A stretch of 64,000 bases of DNA from Phoronis australis (lineage: Eukaryota > Animalia > Phoronida). The notes under the pieces were generated by a model, which was not told the origin of the DNA, did no database searches, and was given only the letters and a program-made list of their open reading frames with translations. This document shows, piece after piece, positions 38,035 to 51,859 of this stretch (within the stretch, counting starts at the first letter, position 1; every line of letters starts with the position of its first letter). The stretch is from assembly GCA_002633005.1 (NCBI GenBank), contig NMRA01000502.1, positions 257,481 to 321,480 of the forward strand, written 5' to 3'. Made by a program: the position numbers and the translations under genes.

Positions 38035-39299
38035 TCCTGATTTAGTATAATTTCATATTTTATGGGGAAATGCTAGTGTCCTTAAAATTAATTAAAAACA
38101 TTTAAGCAAACCAATTGTTTTAATTGTTGTATTATACCACGGTATATTAAAGCGTAGAAACGGCGCACAACTAGTGACTGGTTTAACATGACAAATACAC
38201 ATACGCGGTCTGAAAATAGTGAAATTCAGACACCTATTNNNNNNNNNNNNNNNNNNNNNNNNNNNNNNNNNNNNNNNNNNNNNNNNNNNNNNNNNNNNNN
38301 NNNNNNNNNNNNNNNNNNNNNNNNNNNNNNNNNNNNNNNNNNNNNNNNNNNNNNNNNNNNNNNNNNNNNNNNNNNNNNNNNNNNNNNNNNNNNNNNNNNN
38401 NNNNNNNNNNNNNNNNNNNNNNNNNNNNNNNNNNNNNNNNNNNNNNNNNNNNNNNNNNNNNNNNNNNNNNNNNNNNNNNNNNNNNNNNNNNNNNNNNNNN
38501 NNNNNNNNNNNNNNNNNNNNNNNNNNNNNNNNNNNNNNNNNNNNNNNNNNNNNNNNNNNNNNNNNNNNNNNNNNNNNNNNNNNNNNNNNNNNNNNNNNNN
38601 NNNNNNNNNNNNNNNNNNNNNNNNNNNNNNNNNNNNNNNNNNNNNNNNNNNNNNNNNNNNNNNNNNNNNNNNNNNNNNNNNNNNNNNNNNNNNNNNNNNN
38701 NNNNNNNNNNNNNNNNNNNNNNNNNNNNNNNNNNNNNNNNNNNNNNNNNNNNNNNNNNNNNNNNNNNNNNNNNNNNNNNNNNNNNNNNNNNNNNNNNNNN
38801 NNNNNNNNNNNNNNNNNNNNNNNNNNNNNNNNNNNNNNNNNNNNNNNNNNNNNNNNNNNNNNNNNNNNNNNNNNNNNNNNNNNNNNNNNNNNNNNNNNNN
38901 NNNNNNNNNNNNNNNNNNNNNNNNNNNNNNNNNNNNNNNNNNNNNNNNNNNNNNNNNNNNNNNNNNNNNNNNNNNNNNNNNNNNNNNNNNNNNNNNNNNN
39001 NNNNNNNNNNNNNNNNNNNNNNNNNNNNNNNNNNNNNNNNNNNNNNNNNNNNNNNNNNNNNNNNNNNNNNNNNNNNNNNNNNNNNNNNNNNNCCAAGCCT
39101 GCCTGAAGGGCTGACAAAGTTTTTATTGTATTAATTTCAAGGGCATGGAGTCTTCTACATGTTCATGTTATTATTTTTAGTTTTCTCGTGGGGGCAGCTT
39201 CGCTATAAGGGTACAGCTTACTGCTGGTTTTTCACAAGACGGAAACGTACCTCCACGGAAACAGTTCCAGTGTTACCATGGTAACCGATATTGCAGTGT

Positions 39300-40540
39300 C
39301 GGTGCCGTTTTTATTGACATTGATCATGAACCTATCATGTGATATCAAAATTGTTCAGAAACGATTCTGTTTGAAGCAGAAACTGGAGTAGAAAATTTGG
39401 TCAAAAATGACTCATTCCACACCCAGAAATTGCCTCATTTTGCCCCCCAGAACACTTCCCTTGTATCTCCTAAACCACCGAACTTTGTGGTGTCATACTT
39501 CACCCATTTTCTCTCATCCCTAATGTGATTTATCAGACTAAACACGGATCTGAATGGTTGACCCCCCACCTTGCCGCTTGTTGGCTGTACTGTGGTCGGT
39601 GGATCCGTGGACTGATACTTAACTACCCACCACGTACTAAGCCATGGATGTCTATTCATTCTTTTGCGTGAGTAACACATGTAAATACACTTAAGCCAGT
39701 GTCAGCTCTGCTACTGTGTCACAGTCTGTGTATAGCTATCAACGTGTGGTACGTCCAGAAAATGTGATCAAAGTCATCAGGAAGTTTCATGCATAGGTGA
39801 ACCGAGTAGCATTTTTATCATACACGGTTTCGACACAGGAGTTTATGTTTTCTCTCAGTCTCATTAGTTGTACTCCATCCTGCTGGTAGTCAACAGCCTC
39901 GCAATGTCTCGTGAACTTGGCGTCATTAAGTTGGTATATCCATCGGTAAAACAACCGGAATTCTTGCAGAAAGTGCACTAAATACGAGTCCACGGTCTCG
40001 TCCAGGCCACCACCTTGAACGTAACGTAAACAAACCAATTCACGTGCGTTTGTACTTCCTTGGACGGGAGAGCAACTATAAAGGCCTGTTGAAACCAATA
40101 GTTCTAAAAAGATGTCGACTAGATTGTCAAAAGTTAGCAAGTATGCCATATCTAATATTTTCATGCCTGTCAAAAACTCATTCTTGTCTGCATGTTGAGA
40201 AGTGTCAATTAATCTTATGCTTCGATCGAATTTTAAAAATGCCGATGTCCTATTTCATCAGCAGAAAACCCGGCCCTGGGCTTCTAAAAAGTCCACCGAT
40301 GGATGCGTATTGGCTTTTCGTTATCACCTCGATCCGGAAATGGAACTGGAATACCTGCTGTATCAGAAACAAAGGCTGAGTCGAATCCTGTATATGGAAC
40401 ATCTCTCGATTTGTAAAATAATACTTAGTAAACTACCTTTGCGCGGAAGACGACGTGACAAAAACCAGACACAACCACTGGCTGTGTAAAACCCGGACTC
40501 ACTCCGCCCCCGAAACCGTCTACATCGCGCATTGCTGCCA
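39300..40540 (-). pseudogene. Degraded intronless coding remnant, family unassigned
   Basis: Consecutive same-strand open segments (40599-40363, 40173-39787, 39680-39435) with protein-like composition, separated by stops or frameshifts; no diagnostic motif recognised. Confidence 0.3.
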
Positions 40541-40959
40541 AAATTTTCACAGGATGTAACCACAAATATTGGATCAGCCAAGGAAACGCCTTGGAACAAA
40601 ATGAGATGAGCTTAATTTTGATTGACCAATGCCATCGAGAAATGAACCAAAAATAACCAAAAGTATTCGTCTAAGTGAAAACTGCACAAGCAACAACCAA
40701 TAAAAGTTGTCAAACGCGTTTCCATTCTAAGACTTGTTTTTCTTCTTCCCATATGATTTCGATTCTTACTTGTTGGCGCATTGTTAGTATAAAACTGAGG
40801 TGCACGTACGTAACTGTGAAAAATATCGATAAAACGAAGTGCTGGTTAGTGCTAAGATAAAACAGGTCTTAATGATTACTGTATTAGATTGATGTTCAGG
40901 ATGTGACCTTTGAATATTTCTATTGTTTCTAACGAGTTGACAAGTTGTAGGAGTCTATT

Positions 40960-42945
40960 CCAGAGTAAAATGGTAGATGGAAAGAAAGAGTCTGCGTAGT
41001 ATGCAGTGGGGATAAATTATCTTTCAAAGGTATGACAGTGGGAGTTACGTGATTTGGAGGTATGTAGGAGTGGAAGGTATGAGTGAGGAATAGCAACCAG
41101 GTTATGGACGGTCTTGTACAGAAGGGACAGTTTGTTTTGAGCTCGTCTTTTCTGGAGGGTGGGCCATTTGAGAGTTTTGAGCATAGGTGAAACGGAAGAG
41201 TACCTTAGGTGGTCATTTAAAACGAAACTGGCTGCTCTACGCTGTATTTTTTCTATTTTTTCAATGTTTGTACGAGTGGATGGACGGCTTAGGAGTATTC
41301 GAGTTTCGGTCTAACAAGTGAAGTGTAGGCAAGGGCTTTTGTTTTTTGAGGAGCATACTTGAGATTTCGTTTAATTAAGCCAAGAGTTTTGTTTGCCTTT
41401 GAGGTGATTGTGTCTGTATGAGTGTTCCATGATAAATTATTGGTGAGAGTGACCCCGAGGTATGGGTTTTCATTAATGCATTTGAGTGAAGCGTTATGTA
41501 TAATGGGGGAACGTTTTCTGTGGATACGAAGAATATTGCATTTGGAGATATTAAAGTTCATTTTCCAGGAATTTACCCAAGAGGCTAGATCATCTCCAAG
41601 AGCCTTAGATGGGATACCTTATCAAAGGCTTTGGAGAAGTCCAGCACCACAGCGTCGGTTTGAGTCCCAGCCTCCATAGTTTGGAGGAGGTCATCTACGA
41701 ATATGACAAGTACAAGTTGTGTTTCGCATGATCTATGGCTACGAAAACCATGCTGCCAAGTGCAAAGTATATTATTTGTGTCGAGATGAGGCATAATGTT
41801 ACTATGTGCTGCATAAGTTTGGAACATCTGCAGGTGAGTGATATTGGGCGGTAGTTTGAAGCCAAAGTTTTATCATCTTTTTTGAAGATGGGTGCTACGT
41901 TTGCATTTCGACATTCTGTCGGAACTGTAGATGTTTCATATGATTTGGTAAAAAACTTTTGGCGGACAGGTGCAATTCCTTCTGCTGTTACTTTAAGAAT
42001 GTGAGGAGATATTTTGTCTGGTCCAGCGGCTTTGTGAAGATTGAGGTTTTGCAACATTTGGAATATACCGTCGGTAGAGAAGGTTATATCATGGTTGGAG
42101 TTGTAGCGGCATGTGCCCATGTCGGGTGTATCTGTACCATCGTCTTTTGTGAAGACCGAGAAAAAGTGTGTGTTTCATATTTCTGGTTTTGTTTTTGAGT
42201 CAGTGTGTAGGAGGCCATCTTTTTTAAAGGAGCAATGTTTGGTGATTCTTTGTTGAGACTTTTGATGAAAGAGTAAAATCTTTTTGGCTTTTTACTTTGG
42301 GAATGTGTTATGATGTTGTTGATGTAATTCCAGTAGGCTTTGCGGGTTTCTTGTTGGACTAGTTTCCTAAGTTTAGGAAGTTTTCTCTGTCAGTTTCATT
42401 TCCAGTATGTTTTGAACGGCGAAAGAGTTTGTCTCTTTTTCTGAGGAGTTTTTTAATTTTGGGATTTATCCAAGGAATTCGATTTTTTTGTCTTGTAGTT
42501 TTGTGGGGGATGAAGCGTTCAGTAGCATCAATGAAATGTGTTGCAAAGACGGACTACATGTCATTTACGGAGGAGGAATTATGATCTTGTTTCAGGAATT
42601 TATCTTTGAAAGTAGCTAAGTAAGTCTTTAGCTCATCGTAATTTCCTTTATTGAATAGGTAGATTTTCTAGGTTTTTGTTTTTGTGTGGCAGAGTTTCCT
42701 TTAATTTCTGTAAAGACGATGTCGTGGTCGCCAAGACCAGGGATGACCTCAGTTTCAACTATGCTACTGGGATTGTTTGTTAGGAGGAGATCTAGTACTG
42801 TATATTTTTATCACGTGTAGGTTTTGTTACTGTTTGTTCAAGAAAGTTGTCATGAATAATGTCAAGAAGTTTGTTACAGAGGTTTATGTTTGGTGTGTTT
42901 GGAAGGGATGAGTAGGTATTCTAGTCAATGTGAGGGCAGTTGATA
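40960..42945 (-). mobile_element. Decayed CR1-group LINE ORF2 (APE C-terminus plus RT) with internal deletion
   Basis: 'NCPHID', 'LDLLLTNNP..IPGLGDHD' (APE); 'KAAGPDKI', 'ANVAPIFKK..NYRPISLT', 'QHGFR..SCETQL', 'LDFSKAFDKV', 'MNFNISKC', 'YLGVTL..LSWNTH' and 'AYTSLVRPKLEY' (RT). The QG/YADD core is missing near 41580. Confidence 0.9.
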
Positions 42946-44479
42946 TATTCCTAACCCTCCTGCCGCAGTCTATTTCTTATTTCTGAAATGACTGTTGGAC
43001 TATCTATTTGAATGAAGTAGTCGACGTGACCATAGTATTCAGAAAGTGCCTGTCAATTCAAGCAATTTTAAAAATTTTTGCTCGTCTTTTTTAATTCAGG
43101 CCGTCCCATCGGCTGACAACGAATCCACAGTTGTCGAACGTTTATGAAGATCATCGAAGCACTACTGCGCATAAATTAGTACGCTCTATGTTACATCCCA
43201 CGGGAACTTCTAAGCTACGGCTTTATTTCTAAATGAATCTAAATCCAAACATCCACATACTTACAACTATAAAACTGAAGAATTATATGCTCTTTTGTGA
43301 AGTTTGCTGAGGCTTATATTTTTGGGCAAGTAACACACAGAAATTAATACGCGCTGTGCAGCGGTCAGGCCACTATTTGTTAGGGACGTAGAATCACTCG
43401 TACACCACCATTACGATGTTTTACCGTTGCTCCCAACTTGTTCGATTCTATAGCCCTGCAACAAGTTGGGAAGAACACCCCTGTTGCCAATATCTTACAC
43501 GACTGATTAACTTCATTCTGGCATTGAGGGATGGAGGGCTAGCTCTCTTTTGTTCTATAATTGCTCTAATCTCCACTAGGATCATATCTAGCCTGACTGG
43601 GCTGTGATCTTAAAAATAAAAGTTAAGTTATAACAAATTTGAACATAAACCAATAGCATTTCTGAATTCCTCGTCAAATGCTGATCATGTTTAGTTTTTG
43701 AATCGCCAAAATAGCCTACCTACAACCGAAGTTACCCAACAATCTATTCTTTCTGAAAGTACTGCGTTTACACTTGGTCCGTAATAAGCCTGGTGGATAA
43801 TTGGCCTGCCTGTTGTTATATCAGACAAAAGACCGTGCTTGGCAATTAACAAAGGAGCTAGATGTTATTACACGCTCACAACCCCTACGTCTGGTAAAGT
43901 CACTGAACGAGAAAACGCCGTCATATTCGTAGTATTATTACCATCACATTTGTGTACGGTGAAATAACTATAAAAACGGACGTTCAACAAAAAATGAAAT
44001 GCGATAAACAACAAATTGGATGACGATATTTTTGTTTCTCAAGCATGTATCACCAGTGTAACTTCCCATTTCTAGCTGATTCTTACACTAGCTGGTGCTT
44101 CGCACGGGTTCCAGCAAGTTAATTTTAAGCTATATAGGGCAATGCTCAGTAGACGCGAGAGTATTACGGAAAACTAAGCACACCTTCCTTTTCCAAATTC
44201 TTGATTGTACAAAATTAGCAAGATTTAACTGGGTCATTATCTAACTAATATGTCACACATTTTCATCAGGGTTACGTAGTTGAGATTTCCGAGACTGGCT
44301 CGCATATGAATAAAGTCTATATCAGAAATCACATCTTTGTTAGTCTTTCACAATTTTGTAAACAAGCGTTTTTCCGATGTTTTTTTCTATTGGCTAACGC
44401 GCGTCTGACGTCACTGAGGCGGTACCGTGGGTGAAGGCAATAAGATAAATCAAGCTTATTATGTATATAGCTCATTGGG

Positions 44480-45343
44480 TGTTGATGCCGTGCATCATTT
44501 TTTGTCATTGGTTGTTGTATTTCATTTACTTGCTACGCTGTTTATTTTCTTTCTAGGTAGCAGTACACCTTTCGCCGCTGTGATTTGGTTTCTTTTAGCA
44601 AGCCGGTTCTTTCCAGTGGTTACAATAGCATTTGCATAGTCGAATAGTAGCTTGACCGGCCGGCCATTGTTACGTATTAGCCTCTGTATGTTACGTGGGT
44701 TTTGGTGACTAGCGTTTCATGAGTTTACCGGCATTCGTTGACAAGATCTGTAACGCGAATCATGTGTTTTTCCTCGGATGCTGGAACTTTTATATTAAGC
44801 ACAGACTGTTAGCCAAACTGTTGTAAGTACTGAGTATTATGGCACAGCATGTTGTACTCGTGTGTATCTACTAGCTGAGTTTAGAGCGTACATTGTTGTT
44901 GTTGTTTTACGTATAGTTTCCTTCAGCTGCTTGTTTGGCCTATATGTTGCCCGGTACCCGGTTCATAGAATAAATAGTTACGGGTCGCAGTTAGGCAGTT
45001 GTTTGTGTACGGTAATGGTTCCCAGTTGTAGAATAGATAGTACGGGTTACAGTTAATTATGTATTGTTAGCGAGGTAGTATTTGCCTGTCATAGAGTCAT
45101 TGGCGCGAGTCTTTCTAACGCTCTGATATAGTGCTTGTTAATTACGCTTGCTTGCCGAATACTCAGACTGTGTGTGTTTTTCTTTATTGCAGATAACCGC
45201 TTTTCCGATTTCTCCTTTTCAACGCTTGTTCAGTTTCTCATTCAACGCTTGTTCGGAAACTTTTCATCGCTTGCAACTAAATAATAAAGTGTGTTATGCA
45301 AACGGCTTCTTTTAACTTATCCCTGTAGCCAGACGCGGCTACA
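44480..45343 (+). mobile_element. Probable solo LTR (BEL/Pao-like)
   Basis: TGT...ACA termini with a 5-bp TSD ttggg (44475-79 and 45344-48), AATAAA about 60 bp before the 3' end, and an internal gtaagt donor and ttttctttattgcag acceptor. Confidence 0.55.
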
Positions 45344-47621
45344 TTGGGTGATTGCTTCTAGGCAACAAAACCGTGCTTAATGTGTATAATTCGTCTGCGA
45401 TCTCGGCTCTCAACAGTTCATGATACAAATTTACTGCCGTGTAGTGTTGACTGAAGCCGTTCTCGGCACGGGCCAGGAAAGGTCCCCGACTGCGTAGCTT
45501 TGCCTTGGTGCAAGCTGTATAGTTAATATACAGCGGCCGTTGCACCGACGTGGGTAAAAACTGATCAAAAAAATCTGACACAAAATTAGTTATTACACTC
45601 TTCCTTGAGTAAACTAAATTATTGTCGGACTGGTGTTGAAAAAAGTGGCGTTCTGCCGTTCCCACTCTGCTGCTTAAATTTGGGTGCGCTCTTTAAGCTC
45701 GGCTTTCGGCGCCGTCACCTGTTGCCTTATTGGCCAGTTTCGTTACCCGAGTTGTTCTTCTTCCAAGCGATCGATCTGTTCTTCGATGTTGTGTACATGT
45801 CATAACAAATTACGAGACCTAATTTCATTTCCTTACAAGTCTTTAGTATTTTAATACCAGGAAACCGAATTTCATAAAAATTTTTGCCCCTGCAAAGCTG
45901 TCATCATTTCCCGACAGATGTCGCAAAATTTTAGGAAATAGCGTGTGTTGAGCGTACAGTTTTCTAAGGCTGAGAATTATGAAATGAAATAACGTTTACT
46001 AGATTGTTTTCACTTAAATGGGTCTAGCGGGCAAGGTGAGTGTCGGTTGACACCAAGATATTTGCACGCTCCCCTGCCGGTTTAGAGGTCTACACAAGTT
46101 TCGCGACGAGGTGACGAGCAGAACTACATGTACTTGGGCTATGTGAAATTTCCGAGTAACGGAGCTCAACACAGTGTGCTACTGGTACCTAGTTGTATTT
46201 TGAAGATAGTCTTCATACAGCTAGCTGACTGGGATGAATCAAAGTCACGGGAATGAAAAAGGTTGTGACGGTAGGCACATGTTGATCTGTCGACTGGAAT
46301 ATGAACTCGCACGGCTAATGACCTATGTCTCTTTTTGCTGTACAGCCTCAGTGACGTCACGAAAAACAGCGCTTGCAGTGGGATTTTACGGAACTAATAA
46401 AATTTTGCTTTTCAAATTAAAAAAGAAAAAAATATTTGCAATATTTAGGAATATGTGGATGCCAGTAACCAACCTTTATACTTTCAAAATTCATATTAAA
46501 ATGCTGAAACATGTAGTTGTCAGGCCTCTTTTCAGCACAATTCCTCCAACCAACGAAGAGCGTAAACTGGAGGCGCGTCTTTCATGGCGTCTGATCTTGC
46601 CCAGTTTGAGCCGAACAATTACGAGCGCTCAGTTCCTTCTGTTTACTTCCTGATGTAATTTAAGCGTGTGTTTGATGTGTGTTGAATCCTGAGGATGACA
46701 AATGCACCAAAATCTTCGATGTTTATCTTTTAATCTGATGTGACTGTGCATTTCCATTCCCGAACATTGAAAAAGCAACGAATTCAATTTAAAATATCGT
46801 GCGAGAGTGACTTTTTCAGCTGATTTTGTCTCTTGCTGTTTTGTCCTAGGACTGTCATAGTAATTCAAAATTCTACACAGTTTAGGCTTGTCCTTCTGAG
46901 TTTTATTCAGCCCTTGATTTACGAGGAAGCAAGTGTGTAACTCCACTGAGTAAACCCGAATGGTCGACAACGCCATCATTGAAGCGATAGCGGCATTGTT
47001 CATCCGCACGAACAGCCAAGCTATCTTAAACAAAGGCGACAGCCATGGCTGAATAAAATATACATGTACGCCAAAATTGCGTGCATCTTATAATACCAAA
47101 TCAGTCACGATGTACATGGATACAGTGAACTTCTGCACCATACCACTTTTGAAATAGTGCGAGAAAGTGTGTTTACATGTAATTAATTGTGTAATACCAC
47201 GGAACAATGCGAGTAATACAGAAAAGATTACGTAACTAACTAATCAAGAGCGTACAATGTACTTGCATGCAAAATTTTCCTGTACTCTCCACGCTTAGTA
47301 GTATTTAGTGTATGCTATTTAACCATCAAGATATTCGTTGGTGACTCACTGAGCTCAATGAATGCTGCATAGAACGACAAAGTTATTACAACGGATTCCT
47401 TTCACAAAATCCCACGCGAAAGTAAAATCATCAATACTCCATCTTCCAGAGTACTGTTAGTACATGTACTGTATTCTGGATTTGAATTCTGATAAATAAT
47501 CCCGAATAAGTAGTTTTTGCCCTGCCCGGTTCCTTCCAGCACTGGCAAATTTATGCCCATTGGTAACCGAACAGGACAAAATATTTTCCCAAATCATGAC
47601 ATTCAGAATTTAATGTTTTTA

Positions 47622-48036
47622 TCACGAGTACATATTTCCTTTTGTTTCTTCAGGTGATTCGAACTCTGATAAAGTCGTTGATATAGTCTCGTTGTTCATC
47701 ACAAATGTTCGTAAATCGTTGATTCTCGGCATCCACATAGGATTCGCAGCGCATGGTGTCAGACAGAGAGATCTTTCCAAAGACTTTCCTAGTTTACGAA
47801 TCACAGTCGTCAGAGGCGGCCTGTCATTTGGATTCGGCACCAGCATTTGACGTGTGATGCCTAGGAGCTCGCCAAAGTTGTATTTCGCTCCGTCTACGAG
47901 AGCTTGCGAATAAACGAGATGAAATAGTACTCCAAGGCTGTAAATGTCTGACTGGATGGAAGTCGAGTTTCCACGGAGGACCTCAGGTGCGATGTGGTGG
48001 GGAAAATCGGGCGACGTTTCGCTATAGTCTGAAATA
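47622..48036 (-). CDS. Divergent protein kinase, terminal exon (subdomains VIII-XI)
   Basis: 'HHIAPEV', 'SDIYSLGVLF' and 'PNPNDRP'. Acceptor tttgtgtgctcag is phase 2 and matches the upstream donor. Confidence 0.8.
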
Positions 48037-48602
48037 CTGAGCACACAAACAATCAAGAAACTGACCCAAGACCGGCTTTTGGCCAAGTTATTACATTTTG
48101 ATGCAGCGCAGTTGCGTATGAGAAAACATATTAGCAAAGTATCACAATTTTGAAACGCTTTTTGGTCATCCAGTTTTCTATTAATAAGTTCCTACAATAG
48201 ATTTTATACTTTGAGGTTTTTCAGTGCGTATGATACTTTTATAAAAAAATCAAACTAAAGAAACACTTATTTTGGGAGAAAAATCAGGAATAAGTAAAGT
48301 AAATGATTTTTTTGTCCCTGCCACGTGATGTCATCAGTGGAAGACGTTGATCAGTTACGTATATATAATGGCGGACACTAGTGGTTATGTATAAAGTTAC
48401 GAGTTATAGGGTCATAGGTGAAACAGATAATGAGTGAGACCTCGCCATAACGTCTGAGGCTGTACGAACACGACCCTCCCGCAAATGATTTCATGTCGCG
48501 CATAGAGAAATAAAGACAGATATTGTTCCTCTTTGGAGTGCTTAAGCTCTAAGAACACTGTCAAGAGTTGCACGTTAGACAGATCCGGGTAAACCGCGTT
48601 AA

Positions 48603-48835
48603 AGGCGAAGGCAACCTTTTTTCATGTCACTTTTAGCAAAAATAAGGTTCGTTGATTATCCCAGGCACATTTTTTACTTAATTACAGCTTTTCGTAATTT
48701 GATTAATTTCTCGTCCTCTACTGCGGAAGTGACGTTTTGGGAGGCAAGATTTTCTTTTCATTATAGTCTGACTGTGAGAGCTGTCGAGTCAGTCATTGTT
48801 CTATCTCGGTTGTGATAAGTTTGATCGTCGTTTGA
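48603..48835 (+). mobile_element. Kolobok-like TIR fragment in a kinase intron
   Basis: TTAA|aggcgaaggcaacc..., homologous to about 7102-7350. Confidence 0.7.
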
Positions 48836-48906
48836 ATACAGGATTTAGGACGCTATACTTGTACCTAGGGATGTGCAATCCATAATTCGAAATACACAGA
48901 ACTCAC

Positions 48907-49149
48907 CTTATACCGTCAAGATCACTCGCGTAACTGAAGTCGATAACATAAACAAGGAGTTCACTGGGCAAATCAGCTTGCTCATGAAGGCGAGCTACCA
49001 ACAGATGCTTGGGTTTCAAGTCATTGTAAAGGACCCCAACATCGTGTATGGCCCCCAGGTACTGAAACAACGCATGAAGGATATTCCACATAGATTCATA
49101 GCAGGCATTTTCACGTCTTATCGACGTCGAATTGACGTCAGCACGTCGA
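48907..49149 (-). CDS. Divergent protein kinase, exon with subdomains VIa-VII
   Basis: 'YLGAIHDVGVLYNDLKPKHLLV' and 'VIDFSYA'. Donor AG|GTGAGT at 48907/48906; the acceptor ('aaatggcag') is less certain. Confidence 0.8.
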
Positions 49150-50803
49150 CTGCCATTTGACGGTACATTAGTTTTCAAAATAAACATGACAACATTTAAA
49201 CTCGACCAAGTTTCGACGCACATAACCTCGACTTAGTCTTTTTATCCATTCGTTTTCGTCTTGAACTCTTTTCAACTCCGGCTAAATATCGACAAAACCT
49301 AGATCACTTTATCAAAATCGCAACAGTTTGCTGCGAACGTCCATTTAATAACTATCAGGTTTGAAAAAAACGAAAAACGCCATTTTGGTACACTGCAAAG
49401 TGATTCTGGCAAGATATTTATCCAGGCTTGGCAGAGATCGGTCGAACATTGCCTAGTTCATTTTAAAATTACTTTAAATTTTGTTTAAACGATAGTTAAA
49501 TACTTCAACGTGACGCCTATCCGACGTCAATGCCCACCTCTTGTTGCTGTCTATATGACGTCCATTCAACTGAGATTTGGCCATGTTTTTGTATGAAACC
49601 TTTGTTTGTTACGATTGCAGATGACACGTCGCTACCACGTTGTTTGAACACGCTGAACATGTCCCGTTTTACTCCACTAATGTATGTTCCGAAATGTATA
49701 TGTATAACATCTAACACGAATAAAGAGATAAGTTGAATCCAGTTTTTAGCACTGAATGCTTCAAATCGAAATTTTGAGATAGCTGTTTTGATAGGTTAAA
49801 ATATTCTGCGGGCCCTGCTTCTTCCACTATCTGTTTTTGTTGCTTTTGCGCCGTCAGGTTGTGCCAGGACGAATTGAATCCGGTACTACTGCCTGACGCG
49901 GAGCAAATTAATGTCCAGTTGCGTTGTCAAAAGCGATCATGACAACTTTTGTTCATACAATAGTAGTTTCAGTGCCAGAACAGATTCGGTGCTTGAACAA
50001 TGTGCTATAGCTGTCAATTTATTGGAAGAAGGATTGTAAAGAACAGAGCAATCAACTTTGGATTGTAGATTTGATGCATCGCCTGCTTGATCACGTGTGC
50101 AATGTTTACATTCTTTCCACGGTCGAGCAAGTAGAGACACCACAATTCGTTAATGGTTCAAAAACAAATCTTTGTCGAGCATTGAGCAACTGAAGTACAT
50201 GTACAACTGCAGTTAAAGTACCTGTGCGACTTTGAAAACCAGAAGCACCCACTCGTGAGCGGGCAAAGATTTTTTCGCCTTAATGACGTCATAGATGCTT
50301 GTAGATGATATGTAATCCAGCACTAAGCCTTTCTTTTCATTTTCTCCTTTTCCAATCTGTACGAGATTTTATGCAAATGAGAGTAGGGTCGTCGTTCAGT
50401 TTGTGTTGATTGTATCAAATTAAGAATGGGTCAGTAATTAGCAACCAAATGTTCATTTAATCTTGTTAACATTTAGATGCAACTTCTGCGCCAACTCATT
50501 ACAAAATAGACCAGATAGCATGCGCACACCCAGCCTAAAAAGGAGGGCGGCTAAAATTTTTGAGGATGTGGACTTTTTACAGCTATGAATTGTGAATTTG
50601 CCGAATTTAAGTAGTTCCTGCCTTTTACTCGATTTCTCCTTTTTTCATAGATTGTGTTTCTCTGAGGCGAAGCTTTTTGCCCCCTCCCCCTCGAGTCCCC
50701 CCTTTGGGTGCGCGCATGTACATTACATGTAAAAGAACGAAACATATCAGGCACACGTCCATTATCAAAGAATCTCAATATGTTCAGTAACATTAATAGT
50801 TAC

Positions 50804-51053
50804 CTTGTAGTAACCGTACATTCTTGGCAGGAAGGTCAGGTTAAATCCTTGAAGATAGGCGTAGAACGTGTATTCGTGATTTAGAACTTCTACATCTTTG
50901 TAGAACTTGACTACAGCCGGTATCTCTACTCCCAGACCTACGTAAGAGCCGCTTACTACCCATGCAGCGTGACCTCGTCCAACTTCCCGAAAATGGGACG
51001 ATGCTCCCCAATGCCTGGTTCTATCAAAGTCTGTTGGGTCCACTATGTCAAAG
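50804..51053 (-). CDS. Divergent protein kinase, exon with subdomains I-IV
   Basis: 'EVGRGHAAWV' (Gly-loop), 'AVVKFY' (catalytic Lys), 'LNHEY' (helix C Glu) and 'LPRMYGY'. Donor AAG|GTAACT; candidate acceptor tatgtcctag (the 5' boundary is uncertain). Confidence 0.75.
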
Positions 51054-51859
51054 CTAGGACATAATACATGTTCGCGTGATTGGATATAAAGCGCCAATGT
51101 GTTCTTTTGAGAACGCTTACCGTAGTGCACTGTGAAACTCCAAATTATCCCAATTTCAAAACTGTGACAAATTGGGTCAGGATTGCACGCCCAAATTGTT
51201 ACAGATTTCCCAAATTGTAACAACGGTCCAAACTGTGACAATGTGCCAGGGAAATGTTCTAGCTATAAAGATTGGATGTTCCGCTAAAAAGGGCAACCCT
51301 TCTTCATTACCAGATGTAGTAGTTTACGCAAACGATCACCAGATCCAAATCTGTGCATAAATACATGTAGATCCAATACCACAAGTGCAGACCCACTCTT
51401 ACAGTAACATAGAACGCGAAATACAAAGTGGTTCTCTGCCACTGAAACAGAGGTAAAACTGTTCAATACATGTACATGTACTTCTACCGTCTTTTGATAA
51501 GGATTTTCAATTTATGTTGATGTCAGGGCATTTTCCTTTAGTTTCAAATTTCCAAAAGTAACAATCTGTCAACTGCTCGCGACATCGTCGATTTCTCTCC
51601 CACCAGGCAAAGCACGTCCCCTTATTTGGAACGTCAAGTCAGCACATTTCGCTCATACAGAAAATGTAACCTTTGGCCTTTGATGTAATTATACACTTAG
51701 GAATTGTTTACTGGAAAATTTTATGAGCACCTGCGTGGGTGGAGAATTTGAAATATGTATAGGGTAAGTGAATTTGTTTTTCGTCAATGTTTCAAAAATG
51801 GAGAATCTAATGATTTTCTCTAGAGATTGTTGCATTATTCTGTGTTATGCCCGCCAGTG

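Noticed and set aside
46629-47033. THAP-like or host ORF
   Set aside because: Cys/His spacing is not convincing and there is no other support.
49517-49717. Whole ORF as a kinase exon
   Set aside because: Its splice phases do not match the flanking exons and it has no kinase motif; only a short alternative-frame exon remains possible.
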